Below are positions 9,617 through 19,003 of a DNA stretch of 64,000 nt, one piece after another. This DNA is from Brevibacterium luteolum (GTDB taxonomy: Bacteria; Actinomycetota; Actinomycetes; Actinomycetales; Brevibacteriaceae): the NCBI RefSeq assembly GCF_013004595.1, contig NZ_JABEMC010000004.1, forward strand, positions 124,001 to 188,000. The letters run 5' to 3'. Under the pieces are notes generated by a model that worked only from the letters and a program-made list of their open reading frames with translations, made no database searches and had not been told where the DNA came from. The number at the start of each line of letters is the position of its first letter. The first letter of the stretch is position 1. The position numbers and the translations under genes are program-made.

Positions 9617-11491
9617 ATGACATCCGTCCACCCGTCTGCCGACCCGCAGGCGCCCGCCACCCCCACCACCGATGCCGCTGCTGAGATCCAGCCACCAGCC
9701 GTGCAGTTCTGCGACTTCGACATCGACCCGCGGATCCTCTCCGCTCTGACCGACCTCGGCTATGAGACCCCGTCTGCCGTGCAGGAGCAGGCGATCCCGC
9801 CGCTGCTCGACGGTGAGGACGTCATGGGCCTTGCCCAGACCGGCACCGGCAAGACCGCTGCCTTCGCTGTGCCTGTCCTCGACAGCCTCGCCGATGCCGG
9901 CCGCGCCGATGACGGCCCGCTGGCCCTCGTTCTCGCCCCGACCCGTGAACTGGCGCTGCAGGTGGCCGAGGCGTTCACCTCGTATGCCGCCCACCTGTCC
10001 GGGTTCTCGATCCTGCCGATCTACGGCGGACAGTCCTACGGCCCGCAGCTGGCTGGCCTCAAGCGCGGGGCGCAGGTCGTCGTCGGCACGCCCGGCCGCG
10101 TCATCGACCACCTCAACCGCGGTTCGCTTAAGCTGCACAATCTGCGCCACCTCGTCCTCGATGAGGCCGATGAGATGCTCAAGATGGGCTTCCAGGAGGA
10201 CATCGAGGCGATCTTCGAAGCCGCCGGTGACCAGCGGCAGGTCGCGCTGTTCTCGGCGACCATGCCGAAGTCGATCCACCGGATCGCCGAACGCTACCTG
10301 AATAACCCGCGCGAGATCCGGGTGACCCCGTCCTCGACGACCGGGACGAACATCCGCCAGCGGTTCCTGACCGTCATGCACTCGCACAAGCTCGATGCCC
10401 TCACCCGCATCCTCGAAGTCGAGCAGTACGACGGCATCATCATGTTCGTGCGCACCAAGCAGGCCACCGAAGAGCTGGCCGACAAGCTGCGTGCCCGCGG
10501 CTTCAAGGCCGCCGCCATCAACGGCGACATCCCGCAGCAGGCCCGTGAGCGCACCGTCGAACAGCTCAAGGCCGGTCACATCGACATCCTCGTCGCCACC
10601 GACGTCGCCGCCCGCGGCCTCGACGTCGAGCGCATCGAACTCGTCGTCAACTACGACATCCCGCACGACCCGGAGGCCTACGTCCACCGGATCGGGCGCA
10701 CCGGCCGCGCCGGGCGCTCCGGTGAGGCGATTCTGTTCGTCACCCCGCGTGAGCACCACCTGCTCAAGTCGATCGAGAAGGCCACCCGCCGCTCGGTTGA
10801 GAAGCTCGTGCTGCCGACACCTGAGGAGCTGACGAACACGCGGACCGATAAGTTCAAGGCCCGCATCACCGAGGCACTCGAGACCCTCGACCTGACCGAG
10901 ATGCGACCGGTCATCGAACAGTACGAGCAGGCCCACAATGTGCCGGCCACCGAGGTCGCTGCAGCGCTGGCGACCCTGCTGCTCGACGGTGAGACTCTGG
11001 CCGCTGAGCCGCTGCCGGAGCCCAGTGCCCGCAAGCCGCGCTCCGAGCGCGATGCAGGCAAGGGAGGCAAGCACCGCAAGGACGGCATGCGCACCTACCG
11101 CCTCGCCGTCGGCCGCAATGAGCGCGTCCAGCCCGGTGGCATCGTCGGCGCGATCGCCAACGAAGGCGGCCTGACCTCGGCCCAGATCGGGCACATCGAC
11201 ATCCGCTCGAACCACTCGCTTGTCGACCTTCCGGCTGACCTGCCCGAGGAAGTCTTCGAACGTCTGTCGCGCACCCGCATCCAGGGCAAGCACATCGACC
11301 TGCGCCCGGACACCGGACGCCCGGGCCGGCCATTCAAGAAGCGCTTCGACCGCGGGGCGGGCGCCGATCAGGGTTCGAAGCCCGGCTTCCGCAAGAAGCA
11401 CGGCCGCGGCCCCGGCGGTCCGCGCTCGGGTGGTTCCGGCGGTGGTCACCGCAAGGGCGGCTACCAGAAGGCCGGCGCACCCCGGAAGTGA
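9617..11491 (+). CDS. deaD: DEAD-box RNA helicase DeaD/CsdA with DbpA RNA-binding domain
   Basis: AQTGTGKT, PTRELA, LDEADEML, SAT, ARGLD, HRIGRTGRAG; GGIVGAIANE DbpA domain; GGAG RBS before ATG 9617. Confidence 0.95.
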   Translation: MTSVHPSADPQAPATPTTDAAAEIQPPAVQFCDFDIDPRILSALTDLGYETPSAVQEQAIPPLLDGEDVMGLAQTGTGKTAAFAVPVLDSLADAGRADDGPLALVLAPTRELALQVAEAFTSYAAHLSGFSILPIYGGQSYGPQLAGLKRGAQVVVGTPGRVIDHLNRGSLKLHNLRHLVLDEADEMLKMGFQEDIEAIFEAAGDQRQVALFSATMPKSIHRIAERYLNNPREIRVTPSSTTGTNIRQRFLTVMHSHKLDALTRILEVEQYDGIIMFVRTKQATEELADKLRARGFKAAAINGDIPQQARERTVEQLKAGHIDILVATDVAARGLDVERIELVVNYDIPHDPEAYVHRIGRTGRAGRSGEAILFVTPREHHLLKSIEKATRRSVEKLVLPTPEELTNTRTDKFKARITEALETLDLTEMRPVIEQYEQAHNVPATEVAAALATLLLDGETLAAEPLPEPSARKPRSERDAGKGGKHRKDGMRTYRLAVGRNERVQPGGIVGAIANEGGLTSAQIGHIDIRSNHSLVDLPADLPEEVFERLSRTRIQGKHIDLRPDTGRPGRPFKKRFDRGAGADQGSKPGFRKKHGRGPGGPRSGGSGGGHRKGGYQKAGAPRK

Positions 11492-11552
11492 GTCCCTCCG
11501 CAGGCTGAAACAGTCTGCGGGCACGTGAAGAGGGCGGAGTAGCATGGCCTCC

Positions 11553-13322
11553 ATGCGCGTCTCCGCCCTCTTCCGCTTTCCGCTCAAAGGCTTCCCCGCC
11601 GAGCAGATCAACGCTGGCTTTGCGCGCGCCGGCTCGGGATTCGACGGCGACCGAGCCTTCGCCTTCACCACCGGTGCCGCACCGGCGGTGCCCGGCCAGT
11701 GGGCTGGCCCGCGCACGTTCACAGTGCTGAAGAACGACACCTCGCTGCAGCAGTGGCAGGTGCACACTCGGCACGATGTGTCCGCTCCCGAGGCGGGTGT
11801 CGCGATCGATCTGCAGGCACCCGATGGCAAGCAGGTGAGCTTCTCCATCGATGAACCTGAGAGCTTGCGCGCGGCAGAGGATTTCCTTGCTGCCCGGCTC
11901 ACGCCTCACGGGCCGCACCGACGCGAGCTCGTGTCTGCTGACCAGGGGATGTTCGACTCGCAGGTGTCCGGTTTGTCGATCATCAATCCGGCGACCGCGC
12001 AGGCACTCGAAGGACTCGCTGGCGGGCCGGTCGATCCGCTGCGCTTCCGCGGCAACATCCTCATCGACGGGCTCCCTGCCTTCGCGGAGTTCGGGCTGGT
12101 CGGCAAGCGGCTGCGCATCGGCGGGGTCGAAGCGGTTGTGCGCTCTCCGATCGAACGCTGCTCGGCCACCGAAGTCGATCCCACCTCGGGAGCGGCTGAC
12201 CTGCCGATCCCCCGCCTGCTGGCCGCCGGCTGCGGGCATCTGCACTGCGGGATCTACCTCTCCGTCACCACGAACGGTGAGATCCGGCCCGGCGATCGGA
12301 TCGAGATCCTCGGTGAGGCACCGGCGGAGGCGCTCAAACGCCAGACCGCCCCGCGGGAGATGTCCGTCGAGGCGGTTGACTGCCGTGAGGGTGTTGCTGA
12401 GATCCGGCTGCGCGACGATCTCGGGTTCATCTCCGACTTCTACTCCCCCGGCATGCATGTGCGGGTGCACCTGCCTGCCTCGCCGGCCGGCACGCCGACC
12501 TGGCGCTGCTACACGGTCACCGGCGTCACCGGGAACGCACTGGACCTGCGGGTGCGCATCCGCACCGGCGTCTCCCACCCGCTGGCGGGCATGAAAGCCG
12601 GTGACAGGCTGCTGGTCTCCGGGCCGTTCGGGCAGGTGACCGCCGATCGGCTCGGTGACGAGGTCGTGTTCCTCACCGCCGGCATCGGCATCACCCCGGC
12701 ACTGTCCCTGCTGCCCGGTTTGGCCGGCCGGCAGGTGCGCATCCTCCACTCCGAACGCAGCCCGGCGCCCAGCCGGCTATGGGAGGAGCTCACCGATCTC
12801 GCCGCAGGCATGTCACCGGCACCTGAGCTCACACGCCGCTGCACCGACCCAACCCACGACGGCTCCCGGCTGAGCGCAGCCGAACTGGCCTGTCACGTCG
12901 GGCCCAGCACGAGCCTCGTCATCTGCGGCCCGCCGGCGTTCACCGCTGCGGCGATCGATGCGGCCGCTGCAGCCGGGCTCGCAGCCGAGCAGATCCACAC
13001 CGAGATCTTCACCTCACCTGCCGACATGACCTGCATCGACCTCAGCCGGTACGCACCCGAGGCCGGCGTGCCTGCCACGGTGACCACCGCCTCGGGCACG
13101 GTGTTCGACTGGACACCGGAGCAGGGGATGCTGCTCGACGCGCTCGAACGCTGCGACGTCGACGTCGACAGCCTGTGCCGGGCCGGGGCGTGCGGGAAGT
13201 GCGCGCTGACCCTGCGCGCCGGTCAGATCGCCTATCCGATCGAGCCGTCAGCGCCGCGGGACGCTGATGAGGTGCTCGTGTGCTCGGCGGTGCCGCTCGG
13301 GCCGGTCGAGATCGACGTGTGA
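11553..13322 (+). CDS. MOSC (YcbX/mARC-like) + FAD/NAD(P)-binding reductase + 2Fe-2S ferredoxin fusion
   Basis: FRFPLKG/GDR, LRFRGNILIDG, RCSATEVDP; RCYTV, GPFG, AGIGITP, ICGP; CRAGACGKC...C. Start 11553 (or 11544). Confidence 0.88.
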   Translation: MRVSALFRFPLKGFPAEQINAGFARAGSGFDGDRAFAFTTGAAPAVPGQWAGPRTFTVLKNDTSLQQWQVHTRHDVSAPEAGVAIDLQAPDGKQVSFSIDEPESLRAAEDFLAARLTPHGPHRRELVSADQGMFDSQVSGLSIINPATAQALEGLAGGPVDPLRFRGNILIDGLPAFAEFGLVGKRLRIGGVEAVVRSPIERCSATEVDPTSGAADLPIPRLLAAGCGHLHCGIYLSVTTNGEIRPGDRIEILGEAPAEALKRQTAPREMSVEAVDCREGVAEIRLRDDLGFISDFYSPGMHVRVHLPASPAGTPTWRCYTVTGVTGNALDLRVRIRTGVSHPLAGMKAGDRLLVSGPFGQVTADRLGDEVVFLTAGIGITPALSLLPGLAGRQVRILHSERSPAPSRLWEELTDLAAGMSPAPELTRRCTDPTHDGSRLSAAELACHVGPSTSLVICGPPAFTAAAIDAAAAAGLAAEQIHTEIFTSPADMTCIDLSRYAPEAGVPATVTTASGTVFDWTPEQGMLLDALERCDVDVDSLCRAGACGKCALTLRAGQIAYPIEPSAPRDADEVLVCSAVPLGPVEIDV

Positions 13323-13323
13323 G

Positions 13324-14097
13324 TCATTTCGGGGCGTCGACGGCCGCTCCGAAGCGGCGGTCGCGGCGCGCGTACTCCTCGATGGCCGCCCACAGGGTGC
13401 GGCGGTCGACGTCGGGCCACAGCACGTCCTGGAAGACCATCTCGGCATAGGCCGACTGCCACAGCAGGAAGTTCGAGGTCCGCTGCTCACCCGAGGACCG
13501 GAGGAACAGGTCCACATCGGGGACTTCGGGGTGGTACAGCCGGTTGGTCAGGGCCTTCTCGGTGATCTTGCCCGGCTTCATCTTCCCGGCAGCGACCTCG
13601 CGGGTGATGGCGTTGACGGCGTCGACGAGTTCGGAGCGGCCGCCGTAGTTGACGCAGAACTGCAGCATCAGCCCGGTGTTGTGCTTCGTCATCTCCTCGG
13701 CGCGTTCGAGTTCGTCGATGACGGACTTCCACAGCCGTCCGCGCCTACCCGACCACACGATGCGCACACCGAGGGCGTGCAGCTCGTCGCGGCGGCGGCG
13801 GATGACATCGCGGTTGAAGCCCATGAGGAAGCGCACCTCCTCTGGCGAACGCTTCCAGTTCTCGGTCGAGAAAGCATAGGCCGACAGGTGCTTCACACCG
13901 ATTTCGATCGCCCCGTGGATGACGTCGAGCAGAGAGGCCTCCCCTGCCTTGTGCCCCTCGGTGCGCGGCAGGCCGCGCTCATTAGCCCACCGGCCGTTGC
14001 CGTCCATGACGATGGCGACATGCTCGGGCACAAACTTCGCCGGGATCGCAGGCGGGACCGCTCCCGAGGGGTGGGGCGGCGGTGCGGGATAGGTCAT
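13324..14097 (-). CDS. uppS: cis-isoprenyl diphosphate synthase (undecaprenyl/decaprenyl-PP synthase)
   Basis: [41 protein letters not shown]; overlaps the recO stop. Confidence 0.95.
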   Translation of the reverse strand: MTYPAPPPHPSGAVPPAIPAKFVPEHVAIVMDGNGRWANERGLPRTEGHKAGEASLLDVIHGAIEIGVKHLSAYAFSTENWKRSPEEVRFLMGFNRDVIRRRRDELHALGVRIVWSGRRGRLWKSVIDELERAEEMTKHNTGLMLQFCVNYGGRSELVDAVNAITREVAAGKMKPGKITEKALTNRLYHPEVPDVDLFLRSSGEQRTSNFLLWQSAYAEMVFQDVLWPDVDRRTLWAAIEEYARRDRRFGAAVDAPK

Positions 14098-14882
14098 GTG
14101 GTCTCCACAGAAGCTGACGGGGCGGGCGGGTGTGAGGCCGGCTGGACGGGTGCCGGCTGGCTGGCGAGCACGGCCAGGGACTTGACCTTGCGCTCCAGAT
14201 GCCATTGGACATAGGTGACAATGAGGCGGGAGGCCTCCGCCTGCTGGTAGGCGCTGCTGGCCTCGACCCGCTGCCAGTCACGGGACATGAGCGCGGTGAG
14301 GTGGTCCATCGTCTCCGAACTCGGCAGCGCAGTGCCGTGCGGGCGGCAGGAGTGGCAGACAGCACCGCCGAGGGCTGGTGAGAACGCCCGATGCGGGCCA
14401 GGTGTCCCGCACTGGGCGCAGTCATCAAGGCTCGGCGCCCAGCCGGCCAGCGACATCGCCCGCAGCAGATAGGCATCCCGGCTCAGGCCCGGGGCGTGCT
14501 CGCCGTTGCACAGGGAGCGGATGGCGGCCAGAAGCAGCAGGAACTGGGCGCGAGCCTGCGGTTCGTCCTCGGTCAGGCGGATCGCCGTTTCGGCCATGCC
14601 GGTGGCTGCTGCGTAGGTGTCGTAGTCGGACATGATCCCGCGGGCGAAGGGCTCGAGCAGCTCGACTTGGGTGATGATGTCGAGGCTGCGGCCGATGTGG
14701 CACTGCACGTCGACGAACATGAACGGCTCCAGCCGGGAGCCGAACCGGGATTTGGTGCGGCGGATGCCCTTGGCGACCGCGCGGATGAGGCCGTGGTTGC
14801 GGGTGAGGATGATGACGATGCGATCAGCCTCGCCGAGCTTGTGCCCGCCGAGGACGATGCCGACATCACGATAGAACCTCAC
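14094..14882 (-). CDS. recO: DNA repair protein RecO
   Basis: [28 protein letters not shown], CxxC...CxxC zinc finger; recO-uppS synteny. Confidence 0.95.
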   Translation of the reverse strand: MRFYRDVGIVLGGHKLGEADRIVIILTRNHGLIRAVAKGIRRTKSRFGSRLEPFMFVDVQCHIGRSLDIITQVELLEPFARGIMSDYDTYAAATGMAETAIRLTEDEPQARAQFLLLLAAIRSLCNGEHAPGLSRDAYLLRAMSLAGWAPSLDDCAQCGTPGPHRAFSPALGGAVCHSCRPHGTALPSSETMDHLTALMSRDWQRVEASSAYQQAEASRLIVTYVQWHLERKVKSLAVLASQPAPVQPASHPPAPSASVETT

Positions 14883-14963
14883 CAGCCGATTATCTCACTC
14901 CCGGCCCGCTGCCGCTGCGAGGTGCTGTCTGGGCGTGCCGCCAGCCCAAACTCCACCGATGTC

Positions 14964-14991
14964 TCTCATCTGCGTCTCAGGATCGCCTCAG
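14964..14991 (+). promoter_or_regulatory. Three direct repeats at 11-bp period (OmpR-family / MprA-like box)
   Basis: TCTCAT (14964), TCTCAG (14975), CCTCAG (14986) upstream of the 15047 ORF. Confidence 0.45.
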
Positions 14992-15046
14992 AAGCCAGAT
15001 CCACGATGAAAGTTCGATCTCTGATGCGAACACCTGGAGCCCCGCC

Positions 15047-15538
15047 ATGATGACCGCTGTTCATCCCACTCAGACCTATCAGCCGGCTGCCTCGAATCCT
15101 GCCCGCGGGGTCTTCTCCGCCCTGTCGGCCACCGCATGGATCGCAACCGTCCCCATCGCAGCGGCCACCCTTGCCGTCGTCGCCCAGGCGCTGGCCTTCC
15201 GCCCGGAGTATCCGGGTCTGAGCACCGCCTTGGATCTCTACGCGATCGCCTTTGCTCTTGGTGGCATCTCTGCTGTCGCGTGTGCGGCTGCACTCGGCAT
15301 CGCCCTGCGCGCCTGTGCCCGTGATCGCACGGGTTCAGCGGCTGCAGCCGTGCGCATCGCGGCACTGGCGGCGGCGGTGACGACCGGCATTGTGGCGCTC
15401 ATGCTCCTCTCGGCATTCTTCGTCCCCGGCGGCGGGCCGCTGTTCGCCCCAGCCCTGCTGTGCCTGACGCTCATCGGCACGACACTGACGACAGCGCTGC
15501 GCCGCTGGGCGCGCCTGCTGCATCAGCAGGCTGGCTGA
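15047..15538 (+). CDS. Hypothetical 4-TM membrane protein
   Basis: 163 aa, four hydrophobic stretches, GGAG upstream, followed by a terminator hairpin. Confidence 0.65.
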   Translation: MMTAVHPTQTYQPAASNPARGVFSALSATAWIATVPIAAATLAVVAQALAFRPEYPGLSTALDLYAIAFALGGISAVACAAALGIALRACARDRTGSAAAAVRIAALAAAVTTGIVALMLLSAFFVPGGGPLFAPALLCLTLIGTTLTTALRRWARLLHQQAG

Positions 15539-15556
15539 AGCGCGACTGAAGACGGA

Positions 15557-15590
15557 ACAGGGCGCTGGGATGATCGTCCCAGCGCCCTGT
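15557..15590. terminator. Hairpin between convergent genes
   Basis: ACAGGGCGCTGGGA-tgatcg-TCCCAGCGCCCTGT, 14-bp perfect stem. Confidence 0.8.
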
Positions 15591-15604
15591 CGGCTCTCAG
15601 CGTG

Positions 15605-17392
15605 TCACTGCTGTCCGTCGAAGCTCGTCTCATCCCGCATATAGCGGTTGATCGCCGAGATGACGGCCTTGAGTGAGGCCTTCGTGATATTCGGGTGGAT
15701 GCCAGCACCCCACAGCACGCGGTCGCCGATGGCGATCTCGACGTAGGCCGCTGCGGTCGTGTCTGCTCCGGCGCCGATCGCGTGCTCGGTGTAGTCCTGG
15801 ACTCGCACGTCGACGCCGAAGTTCTCGTTCATGACGTTGACGAGTGCGTTCAGCGGGCCGGTGCCGTGGCCTTCGTAGGAGCGCTCTTGGCCATCGGTCT
15901 CCAGGGTCACTTCGAGGCGCTCGGCGTTCTTGCCAGCGGCATCGTCATCGACGTGAGCCGATTCGGTGCGCAGTGCTGTGACTCGGAAGCGGCCCCAGCT
16001 CTTGCTGGCCTCTTCTGCCGGCAGGTACTCATCGGAGAAGATCTGCCAGATCTCCGATGCCGGGATCTCGCCGCCGGATTCGCTGTGCTGCTGGACGACC
16101 TTGGAGAACTCCACCTGCATGCGCCGGGGCATGTCGAGGCCGTACTCGCTCTTGAGCAGGTAGGTGACCCCGCCCTTTCCGGACTGGGAGTTCACCCGGA
16201 TGATCGCCTCATAGGTGCGGCCGAGGTCCTTGGGGTCGACCGGGAGGTAGGGCATGTCCCATTCCATCTCGTCGGTCGGCACGCCGGCCTCTTTGGCCTT
16301 CTTCTCCCGGTCGGCGAAGGCCTTGTTGATCGCGTCCTGGTGCGAACCGGAGAACGAGGTGAACACGAGATCGCCGCCGTAAGGGTGGCGTTCGTGCACA
16401 CCGATCTGGTTGCAGTACTCGACGGTGCGGATGACCTCGTCGATGTCGGAGAAGTCGAGTTCGGGATCGACTCCCTGGGAGAACAGATTCAGTGCGGTGG
16501 TGACGAGGTCGAGGTTGCCGGTGCGCTCGCCGTTGCCGAACAGGCAGCCCTCGATGCGGTCGGCACCAGCCATGATGCCGAGCTCAGCGGCTGCGACACC
16601 GGTGCCGCGGTCGTTGTGCGGGTGCAGGGAGACGGCGATGGCCTCCCGGTAGGGCACGTGACGGCAGAACCATTCGATCTGGTCGGCGTACGTGTTCGGG
16701 GTGCCGCGTTCGACGGTGGCCGGCAGGTTGACGACGGTCTCGCGGCCGTCTGCCGGCTGCCACATGTCGAGGACGTTGCCGACGATGTCGAGGGCGAACT
16801 CCGGTTCGGTGTCGACGAAGATCTCCGGCGAGTACTGGTAGCCGAAGTCGGCATCCCCGAGCAGCGACTCGGCGTGCTTCATGACCGCCTGGGTGCCGCG
16901 CATGGCGATGTCGCGGGTCTGGTCATAGCCTTCGCCGTCGAAGCCGAAGACGACCTTGCGGAAGACCGGGGCGGTGGCGTTGTACAGGTGCACCGTCGGC
17001 TTCTTGGCGCCGACGAGGCTCTCGACGGTGCGCTCGATGAGGTCCTCACGTGCCTGGGTCAGCACCGAGATGCGCACATCATCAGGGATCGCGTCCTCTT
17101 CGATGATCTGGCGGACGAAGTCGAAGTCCGGCTGGCTGGCAGCCGGGAAGCCGACCTCGATCTCCTTGAACCCGAGGCGGACGAGCAGGTCGAACATCGC
17201 GCGCTTGCGGTCAGGTGTCATCGGGTCGATGAGTGCCTGGTTGCCGTCGCGCAGGTCGGTTGAGAGCCAGCGCGGGGCCTTGGTGATCCGCTGGTCTGGC
17301 CAGGTCCTGTCGCGCATGTCGAGGGAGATGCGGTCGAAGAAGGACTTGTACTTCGCAAAGGGCATGGGGGTCGGCTGTTGCAGTTTCGCCAT
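15605..17392 (-). CDS. leuA: 2-isopropylmalate synthase (yeast/actinobacterial type)
   Basis: DLRDGNQAL, SLHPHNDRG, GNGERTGN, FSGSHQDAI, IRVNSQSGKGG. Confidence 0.97.
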   Translation of the reverse strand: MAKLQQPTPMPFAKYKSFFDRISLDMRDRTWPDQRITKAPRWLSTDLRDGNQALIDPMTPDRKRAMFDLLVRLGFKEIEVGFPAASQPDFDFVRQIIEEDAIPDDVRISVLTQAREDLIERTVESLVGAKKPTVHLYNATAPVFRKVVFGFDGEGYDQTRDIAMRGTQAVMKHAESLLGDADFGYQYSPEIFVDTEPEFALDIVGNVLDMWQPADGRETVVNLPATVERGTPNTYADQIEWFCRHVPYREAIAVSLHPHNDRGTGVAAAELGIMAGADRIEGCLFGNGERTGNLDLVTTALNLFSQGVDPELDFSDIDEVIRTVEYCNQIGVHERHPYGGDLVFTSFSGSHQDAINKAFADREKKAKEAGVPTDEMEWDMPYLPVDPKDLGRTYEAIIRVNSQSGKGGVTYLLKSEYGLDMPRRMQVEFSKVVQQHSESGGEIPASEIWQIFSDEYLPAEEASKSWGRFRVTALRTESAHVDDDAAGKNAERLEVTLETDGQERSYEGHGTGPLNALVNVMNENFGVDVRVQDYTEHAIGAGADTTAAAYVEIAIGDRVLWGAGIHPNITKASLKAVISAINRYMRDETSFDGQQ

Positions 17393-17508
17393 GGTGTTTC
17401 ATCCTCTGTGGTGTGCTCAGAGCCCGGGAGTATCGCAGGTGGGCGAGTGACCCGGCGGGTGTGTCAGCGACCGGCAGCACGGACTCCGCGGCGAGGATGC
17501 GGCCTGTG

Positions 17509-17553
17509 TCAGGCCTCGCCGCGGCACGGAAGGAGGAGGATGTGCCTAGCCAT
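17509..17553 (-). promoter_or_regulatory. leuA leader peptide MARHILLLPCRGEA (LEU element)
   Basis: ATG GCT AGG CAC ATC CTC CTC CTT CCG TGC CGC GGC GAG GCC TGA; inverted repeat CCGCGGCGAGG/CCTCGCCGCGG spans the stop; TAGGGT -10 six nt upstream. Confidence 0.85.
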
Positions 17554-17610
17554 GCTCCCACCCTAGAACGCAGCTGCTGGCATCCATAGCCGCGTCCGAG
17601 GTGTGAGATG

Positions 17611-18903
17611 TCAGTTCGTGAAGTTTGCTGCAGCCCGGGCGATCTTGAAGCCCTTGCCCGACTCCATGTGCGAGCATTCGACGCCGTCCTCGTTCGAGGT
17701 ACAGCGCATCCCGTGAGCCTCGAGGCTCTGGCCGTAGGCGAGCTCCTGGGCCTCACCGCTGCTCGGCGGTGCTTCGGCACACGAGAAGCCGGCACCCTCG
17801 GCATTGGCAACGACAACGGATCCCCACGGGTCGACCTTGCAGTTCTCGGGCTTGTCGGCCGGTGGGTCGTAGTCGAAACTGGCGATCGCGCAGCGGGCGC
17901 GTTCGTTGCTGATCGTGCACGAGATGTTGCCCGAAGGCGTGGTGAAGGACTCAGCGACCTGCTCACCGGAGGTCTCGGTCGGCTCCTGGCTCGCCTCGCC
18001 CGTCGGCTCGGTGGTGTCAGCCGGTGGCGGCGGGGGCGTGTCTCCCTGGACGTCGTCGCTGCGGGTGCTGACATCCCAGACGATGTAGCCGATGCTGCCG
18101 GCGACGATGAGCGCGGCGAGGATGATGGCGATGATGGCCGGGACCGGCAGGCCGCCCTTCTTGCGCGGCGGCTGTGCCGGTGGCTGCGGGAACGATCCGG
18201 TCGGCACGCCCGGCGGCTGCCCGAAACCGGCAGACTGTCCGGGGCTCGGCGCTCCATGCCCGAGCGCATAGCCAGGTGCCGCTCCATAGCTCTGCACGGG
18301 GCTGTGACCCTGGGCGGCGGCGTAACCGGGCTGGACTGCACCGTAACCGGGCGGGGTGGCGCCGTAGGCCTGCGAGGCGGCCGGGCTGACGACCGGCGGC
18401 TGTGCCGGCGGTGGCGGTGCATCGGACGGCTGACGTGCCGGCCACACCGAGGGTGCAGCCTGCTGTTCGGCGAATGCCTCATCAGCCTTGGTCGCCTTCG
18501 GCAGGTGATCGCGCGGGATGTCCTGCTCACGGGTGCCGTCGAGCCGATCGTCGCGGGTCTCCGCAGCGAGTTCACGCAGCTCTTCGAGGCTGAGCATCTT
18601 CGTCGACTCCGCACTGTCTCCGGCGGCGCCGACAGGCTCCGGCGAAGGCTGGCCGGCAGGCGCTGCCAGCGGCTGAGATGGGGCGGTTGGTGTTCCGGAC
18701 ACCGGCGGCATCGCAGCGGTGGCATCGGCCTGCGGCTGGCTGCCGGAGGGCCCGCTGGCTCCCGGGCCGGCGGGGTCGGCAGAGCGGTCGGCGCCCGGCT
18801 TGGGCTGGCCGACGAAGAGCTGGGTCGTCAGCGACTCCTCGGGTTCGGAGTCGGCGCGGCGGCGCGGCTGCGGCCGGTGCGACGGCGGTGGTGGCAGGGT
18901 CAT
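17611..18903 (-). CDS. Hypothetical single-TM protein: Pro/Gln/Ala-rich N-terminus, Cys-containing extracytoplasmic domain
   Basis: TM VPAIIAIILAALIVAGSIGYIVW; C-terminal FTTPSGNISC...LAYGQS...C domain with 6 Cys. Confidence 0.75.
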   Translation of the reverse strand: MTLPPPPSHRPQPRRRADSEPEESLTTQLFVGQPKPGADRSADPAGPGASGPSGSQPQADATAAMPPVSGTPTAPSQPLAAPAGQPSPEPVGAAGDSAESTKMLSLEELRELAAETRDDRLDGTREQDIPRDHLPKATKADEAFAEQQAAPSVWPARQPSDAPPPPAQPPVVSPAASQAYGATPPGYGAVQPGYAAAQGHSPVQSYGAAPGYALGHGAPSPGQSAGFGQPPGVPTGSFPQPPAQPPRKKGGLPVPAIIAIILAALIVAGSIGYIVWDVSTRSDDVQGDTPPPPPADTTEPTGEASQEPTETSGEQVAESFTTPSGNISCTISNERARCAIASFDYDPPADKPENCKVDPWGSVVVANAEGAGFSCAEAPPSSGEAQELAYGQSLEAHGMRCTSNEDGVECSHMESGKGFKIARAAANFTN

Positions 18904-19003
18904 AGTGCTCCCAGTTTAGTCTGCTGCTCACAGCCGCGTACTCAGGAGGTGACCAGGCGCGCCGGATCCTGCACTGCCTGCTCAAGCATGGAATAATGGC
19001 CGT

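Noticed and set aside
9431..11902. Long antisense or alternative-frame ORFs (e.g. 9431..11902-, 15695..17263+, 37708..39579+, the 5' part of 55066..57846+, 61120..63372-)
   Set aside because: They mirror well-supported genes; stop codons are rare in antisense frames of high-GC coding DNA, and the translations have no motifs
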